A DNA stretch of 64,000 nucleotides from Paraspadella gotoi (GCA_051294375.1 CM119267.1:18695439-18759438), one strand, 5' to 3'; numbered from the stretch's first letter, positions 27,320 to 46,052 are shown. A program made the numbers and translations. Notes: a model not told the origin generated them from the letters alone.

Positions 27320-28095
27320 CGTCGTCATCCATCAATAATTGCTGAGGGTTTTTGTCGTTTCTGTCCGTTTTATGTCATTGTCGTTGTCATCATTTTCTGA
27401 GTTTCTCTTGCTTGATCGTCAGTAGTAATCGGTCATGCGTTTTTGTCATCGCCATTGTCGTCAATTTCATATTCACTTTCTAACTTTGCTAAATCGTTGT
27501 GCATTCTTCCATTCATTGGCTATCTGTCATCATTTCTGAGGTGCTACTGAGGTTGATTGTCGATTGTCATCCGTCATCATTGCTTCTCGAGGTGCTACTC
27601 GGTTGATCGTCGATTGTCATGCATTTATCGTGTTTTGGTCATTGTCATTGGTCAGCATTTCTGAGTTTCTTCTAGCTTGATCGTCATAGTAATCGTCATC
27701 GTTTTTGCCATCGTCATTGTCGTCATTTCATTTCACTTCTTTGTAATCGTCGTCGTTTTCATTATTGCCGTTGTCATCATTTCAGATGTTCTACGAGGTT
27801 GTTCGTCAATGTAATCGTCGTCATTTTTGTCGTCGTCATTATCATCATTTCTGAGGTTCTACAAGGTTGTTCGTCAATATAATCGTCGTCGTTTTCGTCC
27901 TCGTCGTTGTCACCATTTCTAAGGTGCTACTAGGTGGCTCGTCATTGTCATTGTCGTCGTTTTGGTTATTGCCGTTGTCATCATTTCTGAGGTGCGAGAA
28001 GGTTGATCGTCATTGTAATCGTCGTCGTTGTCGTCATTTCTGAGGTGCAACTAGGTAGCTTGTCATCGTCGTCGTTTTCGTCGTCGTCGTCGCCG
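27320..28095 (+). repeat. 68-bp minisatellite (CATTTCTGAGGTGCTAC core with GTC runs)
   Basis: catttc anchors at 27778, 27846, 27914, 27982 (period 68) and 28035; copies are noisier upstream. Confidence 0.85.
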
Positions 28096-28232
28096 TCGCC
28101 GGCGGCAAGCACCGTCGCCTCCTTGACTCGGAAGAAGAGCTAATCAGGTCGTTAATGAATGTTTAAAGGTGAAGAAACGAGAGAAGAGAAACTAGGAACT
28201 AGAAAGGAGAGAGAGTTTGGCACTACTAACCG

Positions 28233-28405
28233 AAAGCGCCCTATTTTTGTTCAAATTTTAATCCAGCTTTAAATTTAACGCTAATTTTTAAATCTCTAAT
28301 TCCAATCACTAACCATAACCATATCCTGAATCTGATCCCCTAATACCTAACTCTTAACCTAATCTTAAGTTAATGCGGAATTTAGGTTGAAATGGGGCGC
28401 TTTTG
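28233..28405. mobile_element. MITE-like element with 14-bp inverted ends and internal TAACC/CCTAA repeats
   Basis: AAAGCGCCCTATTT ... AAATGGGGCGCTTT. Related copies at 35828-36065 and 62279-62493. Confidence 0.5.
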
Positions 28406-28719
28406 GATGAACAAATGGCCGAATTGTTTTTCCGCAAAGTCGCTTTCTTTGTTTTGAGAAAGTAGCCAACTTTCGAGAGGCTTAAACTTTAAGCCTCTCG
28501 AGAAAAATACCCCAGTTTTTAAATTATTCAGAGTGCTTTATTGAGACAACCTCAATGAGCGATCAAGCATAAAGAAAAAAGAATCTACAAATTTAACTAG
28601 ATCTACTATATAAGAATGTTTAAATGTGTAGAAATGACAATTGTCAAAATTGTGTCGTAATCTTCATCAAAATAATTATCTTGCGGTTATCTCAGTCAAT
28701 TATCAATGACTTGAGGACA

Positions 28720-35148
<6,429 letters not shown>

Positions 35149-35827
35149 CTTTGCTTTCTTTTAATATGTTTTTAATAACTACAGAAATATCAATGACAGA
35201 AAAAGTAAGAAAAAAAAGAAATAAAGAAAGAAAGAAAGAAATAGGGAAAAAAAGAAAAAGAAAAAAGAAAGAAAGAAAATGATAATTAAAGAAGAAAGAA
35301 AGAAAGACAAAAATAGCTGATTAGTCAATTTTTAAATTTGATAGCCAACTATAGTTTCTGATTGGTTCACTATTAGTATAAAAAAGGACATTTTTGTAGT
35401 ATTCTAGGGTGTTCCAAGGACCATAAGAGGTAAAAACACTGTTTGATTATTTTGTAAATTTTATTTAAATAAAGTAATAATTTTCTATTCCTTTTAGCTT
35501 TAAGCTGCCCATTTGCTACCAAAGTTATTATATGCAACTGACTCACGGTCAATAAAGGTACTAGATTAAAAAGATGTCTGCTTAATCCAAGGTCTTGATT
35601 ATTTAATCTATAAAAATTCAAGGAATGCTCTAACTAACCCAAACAAAAATATTAAAAGATAAATTGTATTTCTTATAGGCTATCTGAATCCGATCCAATA
35701 TATAGTATATATTGATTTGCAGACATTTTGTGATTTCGTTATATTTTTTTTCCACGCTGATAAAGGCTTTCATTCAAGCCAAAACATGTTTGTTTTTTAT
35801 GCTAAGCCCAATTCGGGCCTTTTTCCC

Positions 35828-36065
35828 CAGAACGCCCCATTTTATCTTCAAATCGGAATTAGTTAAATTTTTTTAGTTAGATTAGGTTAGGGATAAGGCT
35901 AGGTATTAGGTTAGTGATCAAGGTTAGGGACTTGGTTTGTGATTAGGGTTAGGGATTTAATTTAGGGACTATCATTTAGGGTTAGAGGTTAAAGTTAAAA
36001 ATTAGGGATAAGGGTTTAGGGTTAGGGTTTAGGAATTGGTTAGGATAAGGGATTAGGGTTAGGGA
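35828..36065 (+). repeat. Degenerate TTAGG(G)-rich tract within the MITE-like family
   Basis: Preceded by aacgccccattt as in the 28233 family; many ttaggg/ttaggtt units. Confidence 0.6.
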
Positions 36066-37174
36066 TTATTTTATTTACAACAAATATTATGGTTAAAATT
36101 AAATTCTGGTAAAAACGAACCAAAAGAAAACGGAAAAGAGAGCCTCATAAGAACTCTTAGTAGCCATAGCCGATGAAATTTAAATGCTAATGTAGAAAGC
36201 GTTAAAATAATCTATCAAGAGCCTAGATTATGGTATTAAAATATTTTTTGTCAAAAATGCTTTCTTCTGAGGGTAATAGCCTAATTTAAAATATATTACT
36301 ATATAGAGAAAAACATTTTTTTTTGAAGTCTTAAAAATTTTTGATAGGTTCTGATAAAGCATAAAAAGTTAAACGAGAAATATAATTACAGCTTTTAAGA
36401 ATTCTTACATTTTTTAAGTGAAAATATAAAAAACTGATAAAATCATTGAAAAATGATGATGTTGATGGTGATGATTTTTTACGGTTTTTCTAAGTTTTGA
36501 CACACTTATCATAAAAATATTTAAAAAAGAATTATACTTTGTGTAGATAACTTTTTATGAGCTATCTGAATCTGGTCTTAAAATTAAAAAAAATCAAAAC
36601 AATTTTTGTAGCCTTCTTATATATTTATATAAATAAATATTAAAAAAATAATTAGAGCCATATGAGAAATTTTTTGTCCATTGAAAGTATTCTTAAAAAT
36701 GTATAAATTTTCGTTTGAGCATGTACTTGCTCTAAATTTTTGACTCACCCCATTGAGTTGGGCTACCCTTACTCTTAGTGATAAAAAGTAAAACTATATT
36801 TTTGCCTGCCTTAATGTGCAGTTTGCACTAAAATTAGGTTGTGACTGCGGCAATGGCAAAGGTGTCGGCAAAGCCTAATTCGGATAATCGGGCAGTCGAC
36901 CATTCTATAGGCTTTCCAAATTCCAACATCGTATAGACCAGAAGCGGATAACGAAAAGTACCGATTTTTGTGAAATCATGGCATGATGAAAGGCTGTTAA
37001 ATTTTCAAGAAGATAAAATATCAAGTTAATTTTGTATTAATTAAGAAGAAAGAATTACTTATGTAGGTGTTACCTGGTGAGAATTGTGATATATCCCAAG
37101 TCCCCTATACAATGCGAACTGGGTTTGATTACATTGAATATCTCCTGGGCGTTTTTTTTGAGCGAAAATGTTGG

Positions 37175-37925
37175 CCTTGATATTGCATTGTTATCTCCAA
37201 CAATTTCTGGTATGAAAGAAATGATTGATATATGTGCTAACTATAGTAGTAGCAATGCTTTTATTTTTAATTTTAAGAAAACAAACACAATGTATTTTGG
37301 CAAACAAAAGTATTGTATCAACAAAGATTCTTTACTAATTAAAGGAAATATCATTGAATTCGTAGACCGATGGAAATATCTCGGTTTTAATCTTAGTAAT
37401 GAAAAAGCACTTGTCTTTGACCCATTATCTGAGTTATCCTCTTTCTACCGCTCTAGCAATTGTCTCCTTAATTCCCTATATAAACTCTCAGAAGAAGTTT
37501 TAATGCGTTTGTACTACACCAATTGTGTCACAATACTTACGTACGGAAGTGAAGTGAAAGAGTATCTTGCAAAAGATATGACCAAAGTAAATGTAGCAAT
37601 AAATGATGGCATTAGAAAAATTTTTGGTTGGAATAGATGGGAGAGTGTACGATCATTAAGGTCCTCATTTGGATATAATGATATCTACAAAATTTTTGCT
37701 TGTAGATCAAAAAACTTTGAATCAAAGCTTTTTTCCTCTTGAAACAATATTCTAAAAATCTTGTCAGCTTATTGTTCATTTTTTTTCTTTTCGTTCTGTT
37801 AATTTAAATATTTATATTTTGTTGAATTGTAAACTGTACAATTTATGCATTTATCTGTAATGCTGTATGCCCTTTTGAATGTACTGTTTCAACTAATTGT
37901 TGTAAAGGAATAAAACACATATATA
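37175..37925 (+). mobile_element. 5'-truncated non-LTR retrotransposon (CR1/L2-group-like RT C-terminus plus 3' UTR)
   Basis: DIALLSPTISGMKEMIDICANY...FNFKKT...EFVDRWKYLG matches RT after the YADD motif plus thumb; ILTYGSEV; AATAAA then an AT-rich tail near 37910. Confidence 0.85.
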
Positions 37926-37985
37926 ATATAATTTCTTACTTTGGTACTATTTTCCGAAAGTACCCTATTTCTGGTCCTAATCCCT

Positions 37986-38215
37986 TGAAGAGACAGTAAT
38001 TATTGTTGTGTTAGTGACAGAACCGTTCAATATAAGCAGTCCCTGAGCTACGGATCAGGCTGTAACACCGTGTTACAGGCGGGTTAGGCGCCCCGTCTCT
38101 CTTAACTGCGAGGCGACCACCGGGCTAGAACCCCGGACCTTTGGGTTGGGAAGCAAATGACTTGCCTCTTGCACCAATGGGCACTGATGAACCTTCGGCG
38201 GATTTTAGTCCACCA
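37986..38215 (-). mobile_element. tRNA(Gly-like)-derived SINE-like repeat, copy 1
   Basis: Minus strand: TGGTGCAAGAGG (A box) ... TTCCCAA ... GGGGTTCTAGCCC (B box). Second copy 39529-39808, partial copy 38350-38430. Confidence 0.7.
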
Positions 38216-38492
38216 TACATCCCCTCTTCCCTAGGGAGAAGTCTGTTGCGTCTCTTCAGTGAATTGTTTTTGTTGGTAGAAAGTTCATAACCAAGTTGAG
38301 GCATATTGCCTGATGTGTTGTTGGCGAAAAGTGCGTCGCCAGGTTGCTGTTGTGTTCGGAAGTTGAGCTCACCAATGAAGAGACAGTAATTATTTTTATG
38401 TGTTAGTGACAGAACCATTCAATATAAGCATATTTGTACATTGCCAAATGTATTGATTTTTTGCTGCTCTCTCTCTATCTCTCTCTCTCTTT

Positions 38493-39131
38493 CTATCTTT
38501 CTCTCTCTCTCTGCACATGGCACAAAACAATTATCAATCCATTTTTTAGGATTAATCTGTTCTTACCCCCTTCCAACTTCGGTCCTACAATTGATTTATA
38601 GAAGCCATTTTGTGTAAACCAATCCATTGGATTTGTATTGTTTCCTTCGAAAAGAGATTCAACAACCACGACGCCATCTTTGTAGAACGAAAAACGCACC
38701 TGAAAAGCAGGGAAAAATCTTAAAAGCATAGTGATCTCGCCAGACGTTACTATAGGAAGTCTAACGTCGTTCTTAGAGATCGAGGAAGACTTTTTCAATG
38801 GAGATTTTCGTTCAAATCTGACTACCAAACAATATAACGCTCCTGGTAAAAATTCTGGTAAAATATCGATGTAAAACACTTGATTCCGATCCTGTTGCAT
38901 CTGAAGGGCTCGCATTTTTTTTCTCTTGTCAAATCATCAACATCTTGATATCAAACAAGCCAGAACAAATAGACTGCTTCTGGACGGAAAAAATTTTCCA
39001 TCTCTGATTTTATATAGAAATGAAAGGGATTTTTTTCCTTGAAACGATATAAACGTGACTGAGGTATGTTCCTGTTCAACAAATGAGGTCAATTTTGGAA
39101 TCCTTTGGCAAAGTGTCTGAAGGGCTCTCAA
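38493..39131 (-). pseudogene. Interrupted ORF of unknown family with an internal repeat
   Basis: Two in-frame ORFs separated by TGA-TGA, both starting (L/M)RALQ; non-low-complexity sequence. Confidence 0.35.
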
Positions 39132-39528
39132 AATTTTTCTTTACATTTTATTAGGTTATTTTGGATATGATACAATCATGGTAAAGTGAATTAGTCCATT
39201 TTGGTGAAATTTTTATTTAAAGTAAAAGTAAAAGAGGAGCTAATGATCGGAATTCTAAGAGTTTTCAACCGGGAGTCAGATTCGGGAAAAATCTTCTATG
39301 GCAAAAAATCTTCCAAAGAAGGGGTGAATTTTCCAAGATTTTGGTTAATATTTTCTATATTTATAGTCGCATTTTTTTGAAACTTAATATTAACAATATT
39401 GCCATCATTCTACCTTGGCCGGTATAAGAATATATTAAAAAAGCCTCGGGCTTTGTTCGTCAGAGCTTAGTCCTAGTTACTATCAAAGAAAATTAATGAA
39501 AAATAAAAAGATTGATGCGATAACAAAT

Positions 39529-39808
39529 TGAAGAGACAGTAATTATTGTTGTGTTCGGAAGTTGGGCTCACCAATGAGGATACAGTAATGATTGTTGTAT
39601 GTTAGTGACAGAACCGCTCAATATATGCAGTCCCTGAGCTTCGGATCAGGCTGTAACACCGTGTTACAGGCGGGTTAAGTGCCCCGTCCCTCTTAACTGC
39701 TACTCGACCACCAGGCAAGAACCCCGGACCTTTGGGTTGGGAGGCGAATGACTTGCCTCCAGCACCAATGGCCGCTGATGAACGATTGATGGATTTTAGT
39801 CCACCATA
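39529..39808 (-). mobile_element. tRNA(Gly-like)-derived SINE-like repeat, copy 2
   Basis: Minus strand: GCGGCCATTGGTGCTGGAGG...TTCGCCTCCCAA...GGGGTTCTTGCC; substitution-type divergence from copy 1. Confidence 0.7.
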
Positions 39809-39814
39809 AAATTA

Positions 39815-39980
39815 TGATTTAATAGTAATTGATTAATGTAATAGTAATTAATTGATGTAATAATAATTGATTGATTGATGTAATAGTAATTCATTGATGT
39901 GATGATAATCATTCATTGATGTGATGATAATCATTCATTGATGCAATGATAGTCATTCATTGACGCGATGAATCATTCAT
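39815..39980 (+). repeat. About 22-bp AT-rich tandem (ATTCATTGATGTGATGATAATC)
   Basis: Several degenerate units. Confidence 0.75.
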
Positions 39981-40144
39981 CGTAAATAAAACAAACAAAT
40001 GCGTGAATGAGTAAGAGAGAGAGAGAAAGAGATAGAGAGAGAAAAAGAAAAGAGAGAGAGAAAAAAAAGAAAAAGAGAAGTCCAACTGCTGCAGAGCTGA
40101 ACTCGTTTTTAGACGAATCAGAAGAGGCAGCGCCTGACAAAATA

Positions 40145-40930
40145 CGTTTGAGCAAACAATGTCGGATCTGCCTAGGATAGTTAAGCGGTAATCTCCTAAT
40201 CAGATGATAAATCACGATAATTCTTTAAATTTGTGATCTTAACTTATCATATCCGATCGTACCATACCAAACCAGTAGCTGCGCCAATACATGTAAATCG
40301 CTTGCAAAGGATTAAACTGAACAGTTACTATGGTACAAATAATTTATTTGACTGGTATTTTTTTTCAACTTGAATCATTTCTAAACTCGCATGATTTTTT
40401 CAACTCACATCATTTTTTCAACTCGCATAATTTTTTTAACTCGCATCATTTTTTTAACTAGCATCATTTTTTCAACTCACATCATTTTTCAATTTGCATC
40501 ATTTTTTCAACTTGTGTCATTTTTTTCAATTTCCATCATTTTTTAATTTGCATTATTTTTTAACTTGCATCATTTTTTAACTAGCAAATTTTTTTTAACT
40601 TGCAAAATTTTTTTAACTTAAATCATTTATTCAACTTGCATCATTTTTTCAACTTGCATCATTTTTTTTAATTTCCATCATTTTTTTAACTTGCATAATT
40701 TTTTTAACTTTCATCATTTATTCAACTCGCATCATTCAACTCGCAATCAACCAATCAATCATTTTATCTGAGAGAGAAAGAGAAACTTAAAACAACTTCA
40801 AGTGAATGTTACTTTTTTTTCTATTTCCACTTGCAAGATTCCATCGAAACCTTACATCTTGCTAAATCACACACTTTTTTACCCACACACAAAATTTAAT
40901 CTCAATCTATCCATCCAATTATGATTAATT
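40145..40930 (-). mobile_element. Modular interspersed repeat: 70-bp core plus 18-bp array plus flanking module
   Basis: Reverse complement of 33790-34310. The core also occurs at 45900-45967 and the module at 41940-42130. Confidence 0.7.
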
Positions 40931-43371
40931 AGGATTGTGACGATGTAAGAGAAGTAGAAAAGAAGTGAGTCAAGCCAGCTTGGAGAAAGAGGAGAGAGGA
41001 AGAGTTTAGAGAGAGAGACTGTTAAGTCGCCTCATCCCCCCTCAAGTTCGGACCTCAGGGGTTCGAACTGACCCTATTTACCGTTAAGGTGACTTGTACT
41101 TTACAATATTGTTTCTCCTTGGGGAATGTTTGGGCAAACAATAAGGTCTAGGAGAAACAATTGGGGGGACCCACTAAAAAGGGTTTTGTCTTCTACAATT
41201 AGTATTTACTAAGCTGGATCGAATAAGGAGTTGAGTTTTACCTCTCGGTTATTTCGTTACCACCCATAGTTTTTAAAAATCATTACGCATATTAGGCATT
41301 TTTCTTCTTATTATAATTATAATATGCAAATGAGATTAAAAAACTTAATTTCATTCAATTTGTATTTTTTTTATCTTCTGCTCCATCCCAAATGTTACAA
41401 TGGCCAAAGAAAACCTCTTTAAATTTAATAAATTAAAAAATGATTATTATTTCATATATATTATGAAGTATTCTTTTTGCTACAAGACCGAACAATCGAG
41501 TATTTGATACATTTAACTTGGGATTATAATAGCGTGAGATTCAGAAATTCAGCTGAATAGCGAGGAAATTGATAAAGAAATGGTCGCAAAATTCAAACAC
41601 TTTTTATTTTTCACAATAAAGCCCATGAAATGCTGTAAAACTGAAGTTGATTGAGAACAAAATACAAATAAAAAAGCCAGCTCAACTCTCTCTAAATACT
41701 GTCCGAGCGAATTAAATAGTGCTCAAAGAAAGATATTAGCGTGAACTCATGACTCAAGTATCTCACTCTCTCTCTCTCTCTCTTGAGAGAGAGACAAAAA
41801 TTTAAAGGAGGGCAAAGCATATCCTCAAAAAAATTAATGAAAAACTTTAAAAAAAGAGATAAGAAATTGAAATATAGGAGTGAGTGAGAAAGATTTAGTG
41901 AGAGTAAAAAACAGTCTTTGATACTAAAAATTATCACTCAAACGATTCCATCGAAACTTGATTTCAAGCTTAATCACACACTTTCCTACCCACATACAAA
42001 ATTTCAGGTTAATTACCCCATCCACTCATGAGTAATCGGTGTTCAAATAATGAAATATATTTTTTGTTTTTTCCATTTAAACTCATTTCCACTTGGACGA
42101 TTCCATCGAAAATTCATATCCAGCTCAATCACAATCACATTAAATGAATGGATAATTTTTATATTGGTTGTACCAATTTCATAAAAAGAATATTCTGGAG
42201 CATCTACAGCTTTAATGTATTTTTAATGCCGCTATGTTTTTTGAATTAAGGTTCATCCCTGAATCTATCCTAATGAAGATGATGCAATAACTATTTGACA
42301 TGAGACTGAGAAAAGACAGGGATTTTTAATAGTAACGGTTTAACTCAAAAAATAATAAAAAAGAACCGGAAATTAGTATGAATGAAAAGTGTAGATATTA
42401 AAAAGATAAAAAAGAAGAAAGCATTTTTAGGGAACAATTAATTTTATTTTGCATGGAACTCTTGTATTTTTTGTCGTACTTAAATTAGAAACAGCTCATA
42501 TGAATCACAAAAGGCCAAAGTTTCTCGATATGTAAATTTTATTTTTCGATTCTCACATTAAAATGCCGAAAAATAGCTGGAAAGTAACCGCGACAATTTT
42601 TTTTCCCATCATGGTAAGCCTGTCTGGCGAGATAAAAAGTATTAATTAAAAAAACCGCAGACAAAAAAAAAGAGTGTTTGGTACCTTTTTATTGCTGTTT
42701 TGAAATTGCTTATCCCATTCAGATGCTGTGAGGTTGAGCTGAGAGAGAATATCAATTCCAGAGCCGGCCCGGACTACCAACAGCACCGTTTCGCCTTAAT
42801 AATAAAATAAAAAATATGAAGAAAAAATCTGAAGAAAAAATCTTAAAATATAAGGATCTCGCCAGAGTACATAGTATCAAAGAAAATTAATGAAAAAGTA
42901 CTATGATATATTTTGCATATCAAATTTGCAAATCATAATGAAGTAGAAATTCAAAATACTTGAATCGATATGAAGCAAAAAAAATGGACACACATTTCAA
43001 CTTCCTCATTGCCTCACTAATGGAACTTGATAATTAGATACATTGTTTGGTAGTTAAACCATAAACCGCCAAAAATAGGCAGCAAAAAATGATCGGCATA
43101 TAGCATACAATCTGTCATATTCAAATTGTGAAAAAAAAATTTATGTTTTTTTGATCAATAACATTGGACAGAGTATGAAAAAGACTTTCTCTGGCACTGT
43201 AAATCTGTATTAAATATGCTATTTGCTTATTTTATCATTTATTTCTTTGATAACAATCATGTTAATTCCCATTACAATTATTTGAGACCAGGAACGGATT
43301 GCTCGCATTTATACAATAAAAGCGGGTTCGTGCGACTTTGAAATCGGGAATCGAATTTGATGCCGTCGATC

Positions 43372-43441
<70 letters not shown>

Positions 43442-43602
43442 CTGCCCCGCAACGGCCACGAAATCTTGGCCAAGTAAGTTATTGTATTTTGGGATTTTGT
43501 ATTGAGAAAAATGCGCGGAATTAATGCCGGTAATAAAAGTTTTTAGAAAGAAAAAAATAATCTGAATTTTTAAAAAAACGAACGATCACGCAAGAGATCG
43601 TA

Positions 43603-43645
<43 letters not shown>

Positions 43646-44121
43646 AAGCTGAACGACGCTGCAGAGCTGAACTCATTTTTCGACGAATCTGAATAGGGTC
43701 GAACTCTTTTCCTTTCAATAAATAAACATTAAAAAATAAATATTTGGGTATAGAGCCATATAAAAATTTTCATGTCCATTGAAAGTATACTTAAAAATGT
43801 ATAAATTTTCGTTTGAGCATATTTTCATTCTAAATTTTTGATTCACCCCATTGAGAGGGGCTCCCCTTATTAAGAAGAAAAAAGAGAGAGCGAGAGAGCG
43901 ACATATAATTAAAAGAGAGATAGAGAGAAGCCTGACAGACGCTGGAATCAAAAACAGCAGCGATGGAGAAAAAGAGAGAGAGAGAAGCTCAACAGCCCTT
44001 TTACTCGTCAAAATACCAAGTCAAAGTACCTATGGCGTCGGAGGTAGCGCGGGTTCGCGCCCTGATGATTCACACAAGAAAAGCGAAAAAAAAGGGAGAA
44101 CGGACGGTGAACTGCTGGCTA

Positions 44122-44683
44122 AGGCGTAGTGAAAGTTACATACGAAAATTCTAAAAGTCAATTATGAACAACTTACCATCAGTGAACATTAATTTGTAAA
44201 AAAAAATAATTTTATGTTTTTTAATTTTTGCAGTCGGCTATAAAAAATCGAAAAATTTAAAAATAGGCTTTTCTTGATTTTGATTTCAGATTTGAATTTC
44301 TCGTCAAAAGTTGATAAAAGAAAATATAAATCATTTTTAAAAATTCTTTCATTAAGTGGGTTAAAAATTAAAAAAACTATATTTAATATATAAAAAAATA
44401 ATTTTCATTTAAAATATAGCTTTTTATAATTTTTTTAAAAAGAGTTATATTTCTTTTTATCAACTTTTTATGACGAATCTAAATCTGCAAAAAAATCTTA
44501 GAAAAAAATGTTTTGAAATTTTAACATTTATTGGTTTAGTACTAGTATAAATATGGCCTACGGCATAAATTTTAAAATTTATTATAAATTTTTTTATTAC
44601 ATAAATGTTCATTAGTATAATGTTGTTCGTTCCTCACTTTTAGAATTTTAATTAAAGTTAAATTTATAAATTTTACTACGCCT
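44122..44683. mobile_element. MITE (about 560 bp) with long imperfect TIRs and TA flanks
   Basis: TA|AGGCGTAGTGAAA ... TTTTACTACGCCT|TA; further inverted blocks aaaattctaaaagt/acttttagaatttt and tgaacatt/aatgttca. Confidence 0.8.
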
Positions 44684-44719
44684 TACTGCAGGCGGCATTG
44701 TCTTCAACATTGTTGAGCC

Positions 44720-44765
<46 letters not shown>

Positions 44766-44776
44766 TGTTATAAAAA

Positions 44777-44807
<31 letters not shown>

Positions 44808-44891
44808 GAGAGAGAAAGAAGCTGGAAAGCTGGACAAACACTGCAGAGCCGGAACTCGTTTTTAGACAAATCAGAAGAAGCAGTGACAGAG

Positions 44892-44934
<43 letters not shown>

Positions 44935-45049
44935 ATTAAAAGAAAGAGAGAGAGAAAGCGACATATAATTAAAAGATTTTTGTTTTGTAAATAAAACATA
45001 AACAAATACAAATATTGATATGAAACAAAACAATTTTAAAAATCTTGAT

Positions 45050-45870
45050 AATTAGAAGCCATATATAAATTTTCAACTCCCAATGATATCACACTTTCAG
45101 AAGCCATGATTGCAAAAAAGCGTGACGCAGACGACGACAACGACGATGAGGCCGATGACTACGTCACAAAGAAGCTCAACTGAATGGTTATAGAGCCAGG
45201 ACCCGGCGAAGCCGGTCCTGGCTCGATAAAAAGAAAAATATATATATAATTTAAAGAAATAAAAGAAAGGCAAAAAATGTTACAATTGTTTACAATTGGA
45301 AATTGTTATAATTTTTTCCAATAATAGGTTGTAAAAGTTTTTGTTTTTTTGTATTAAAATTAAGATATAGCTTCTCATTAAAAAGGTCATTTGATTTCAC
45401 ATGTTTGTTATAGATTCAAAGATTTTTTTATGAATTTCATCTTCAATATTATTTACTGCAATATGTAAATTAGATTAAAGTATTTCTATATCTTAATTTG
45501 AATATTATAATGAGTACTATAATCTAAATTGCATATTGCAGTAAATACTAATGAAGTGGAAATTCAAACAAAAAATACTTGAATCCAAATGTAATATGAA
45601 AATATGAAAATATGAAAATGAGAAGCCATATATAAATTTTTAACTTACTATGATCGCACACTTTTATAAAAATTCATCGTAATTCATATTTATTTTTATT
45701 TAAAAAAAAACTGTAAGTTCCAAACAAACCTATAAAAGCGTAGTAGTTTTTATCTAAAAAAGCGTGACGCCGGCGACAACGACGATGATGACGACGACGA
45801 CGACAACAACTTCGTCACAAACAAGCCTGGCCTTCGCTTTATATCGCCAAGACGGGCCTTTCGGACGAGA
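45050..45870 (+). mobile_element. Tandem non-autonomous Helitron-like units with (GAC)n and a GC hairpin
   Basis: Duplicated aaaaaagcgtgacgc..(gac)n..cgtcacaaa at 45114 and 45756; hairpin at 45193-45224. Confidence 0.5.
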
Positions 45871-46052
45871 TAATTAATTAATTAATTAATTAATTAATTA
45901 ATTATCTTATCAGCTTCTTACCGCTATTGATCGTGGACAGATCCGGCATTGTTTGCTCAAACTTGTATAATAACTGCTCAATACCGGGGTTTACCTCGAC
46001 TTACCGTAGTACCTTTTTTTTTTTCCAAGTTAAAAAGGGAATAATATCTTAC

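Noticed and set aside
35870-36065. True telomere or chromosome fusion site
   Set aside because: Highly degenerate, single orientation, and linked to a dispersed repeat end.
38112-38185. Functional tRNA-Gly(CCC) gene
   Set aside because: Anticodon stem does not pair and the T-loop register is shifted in both copies.
43020-43196. PAN/apple-like Cys pattern (or LYAD RT-like motif) on the minus strand
   Set aside because: Requires three frameshifts and a stop; not supportable.
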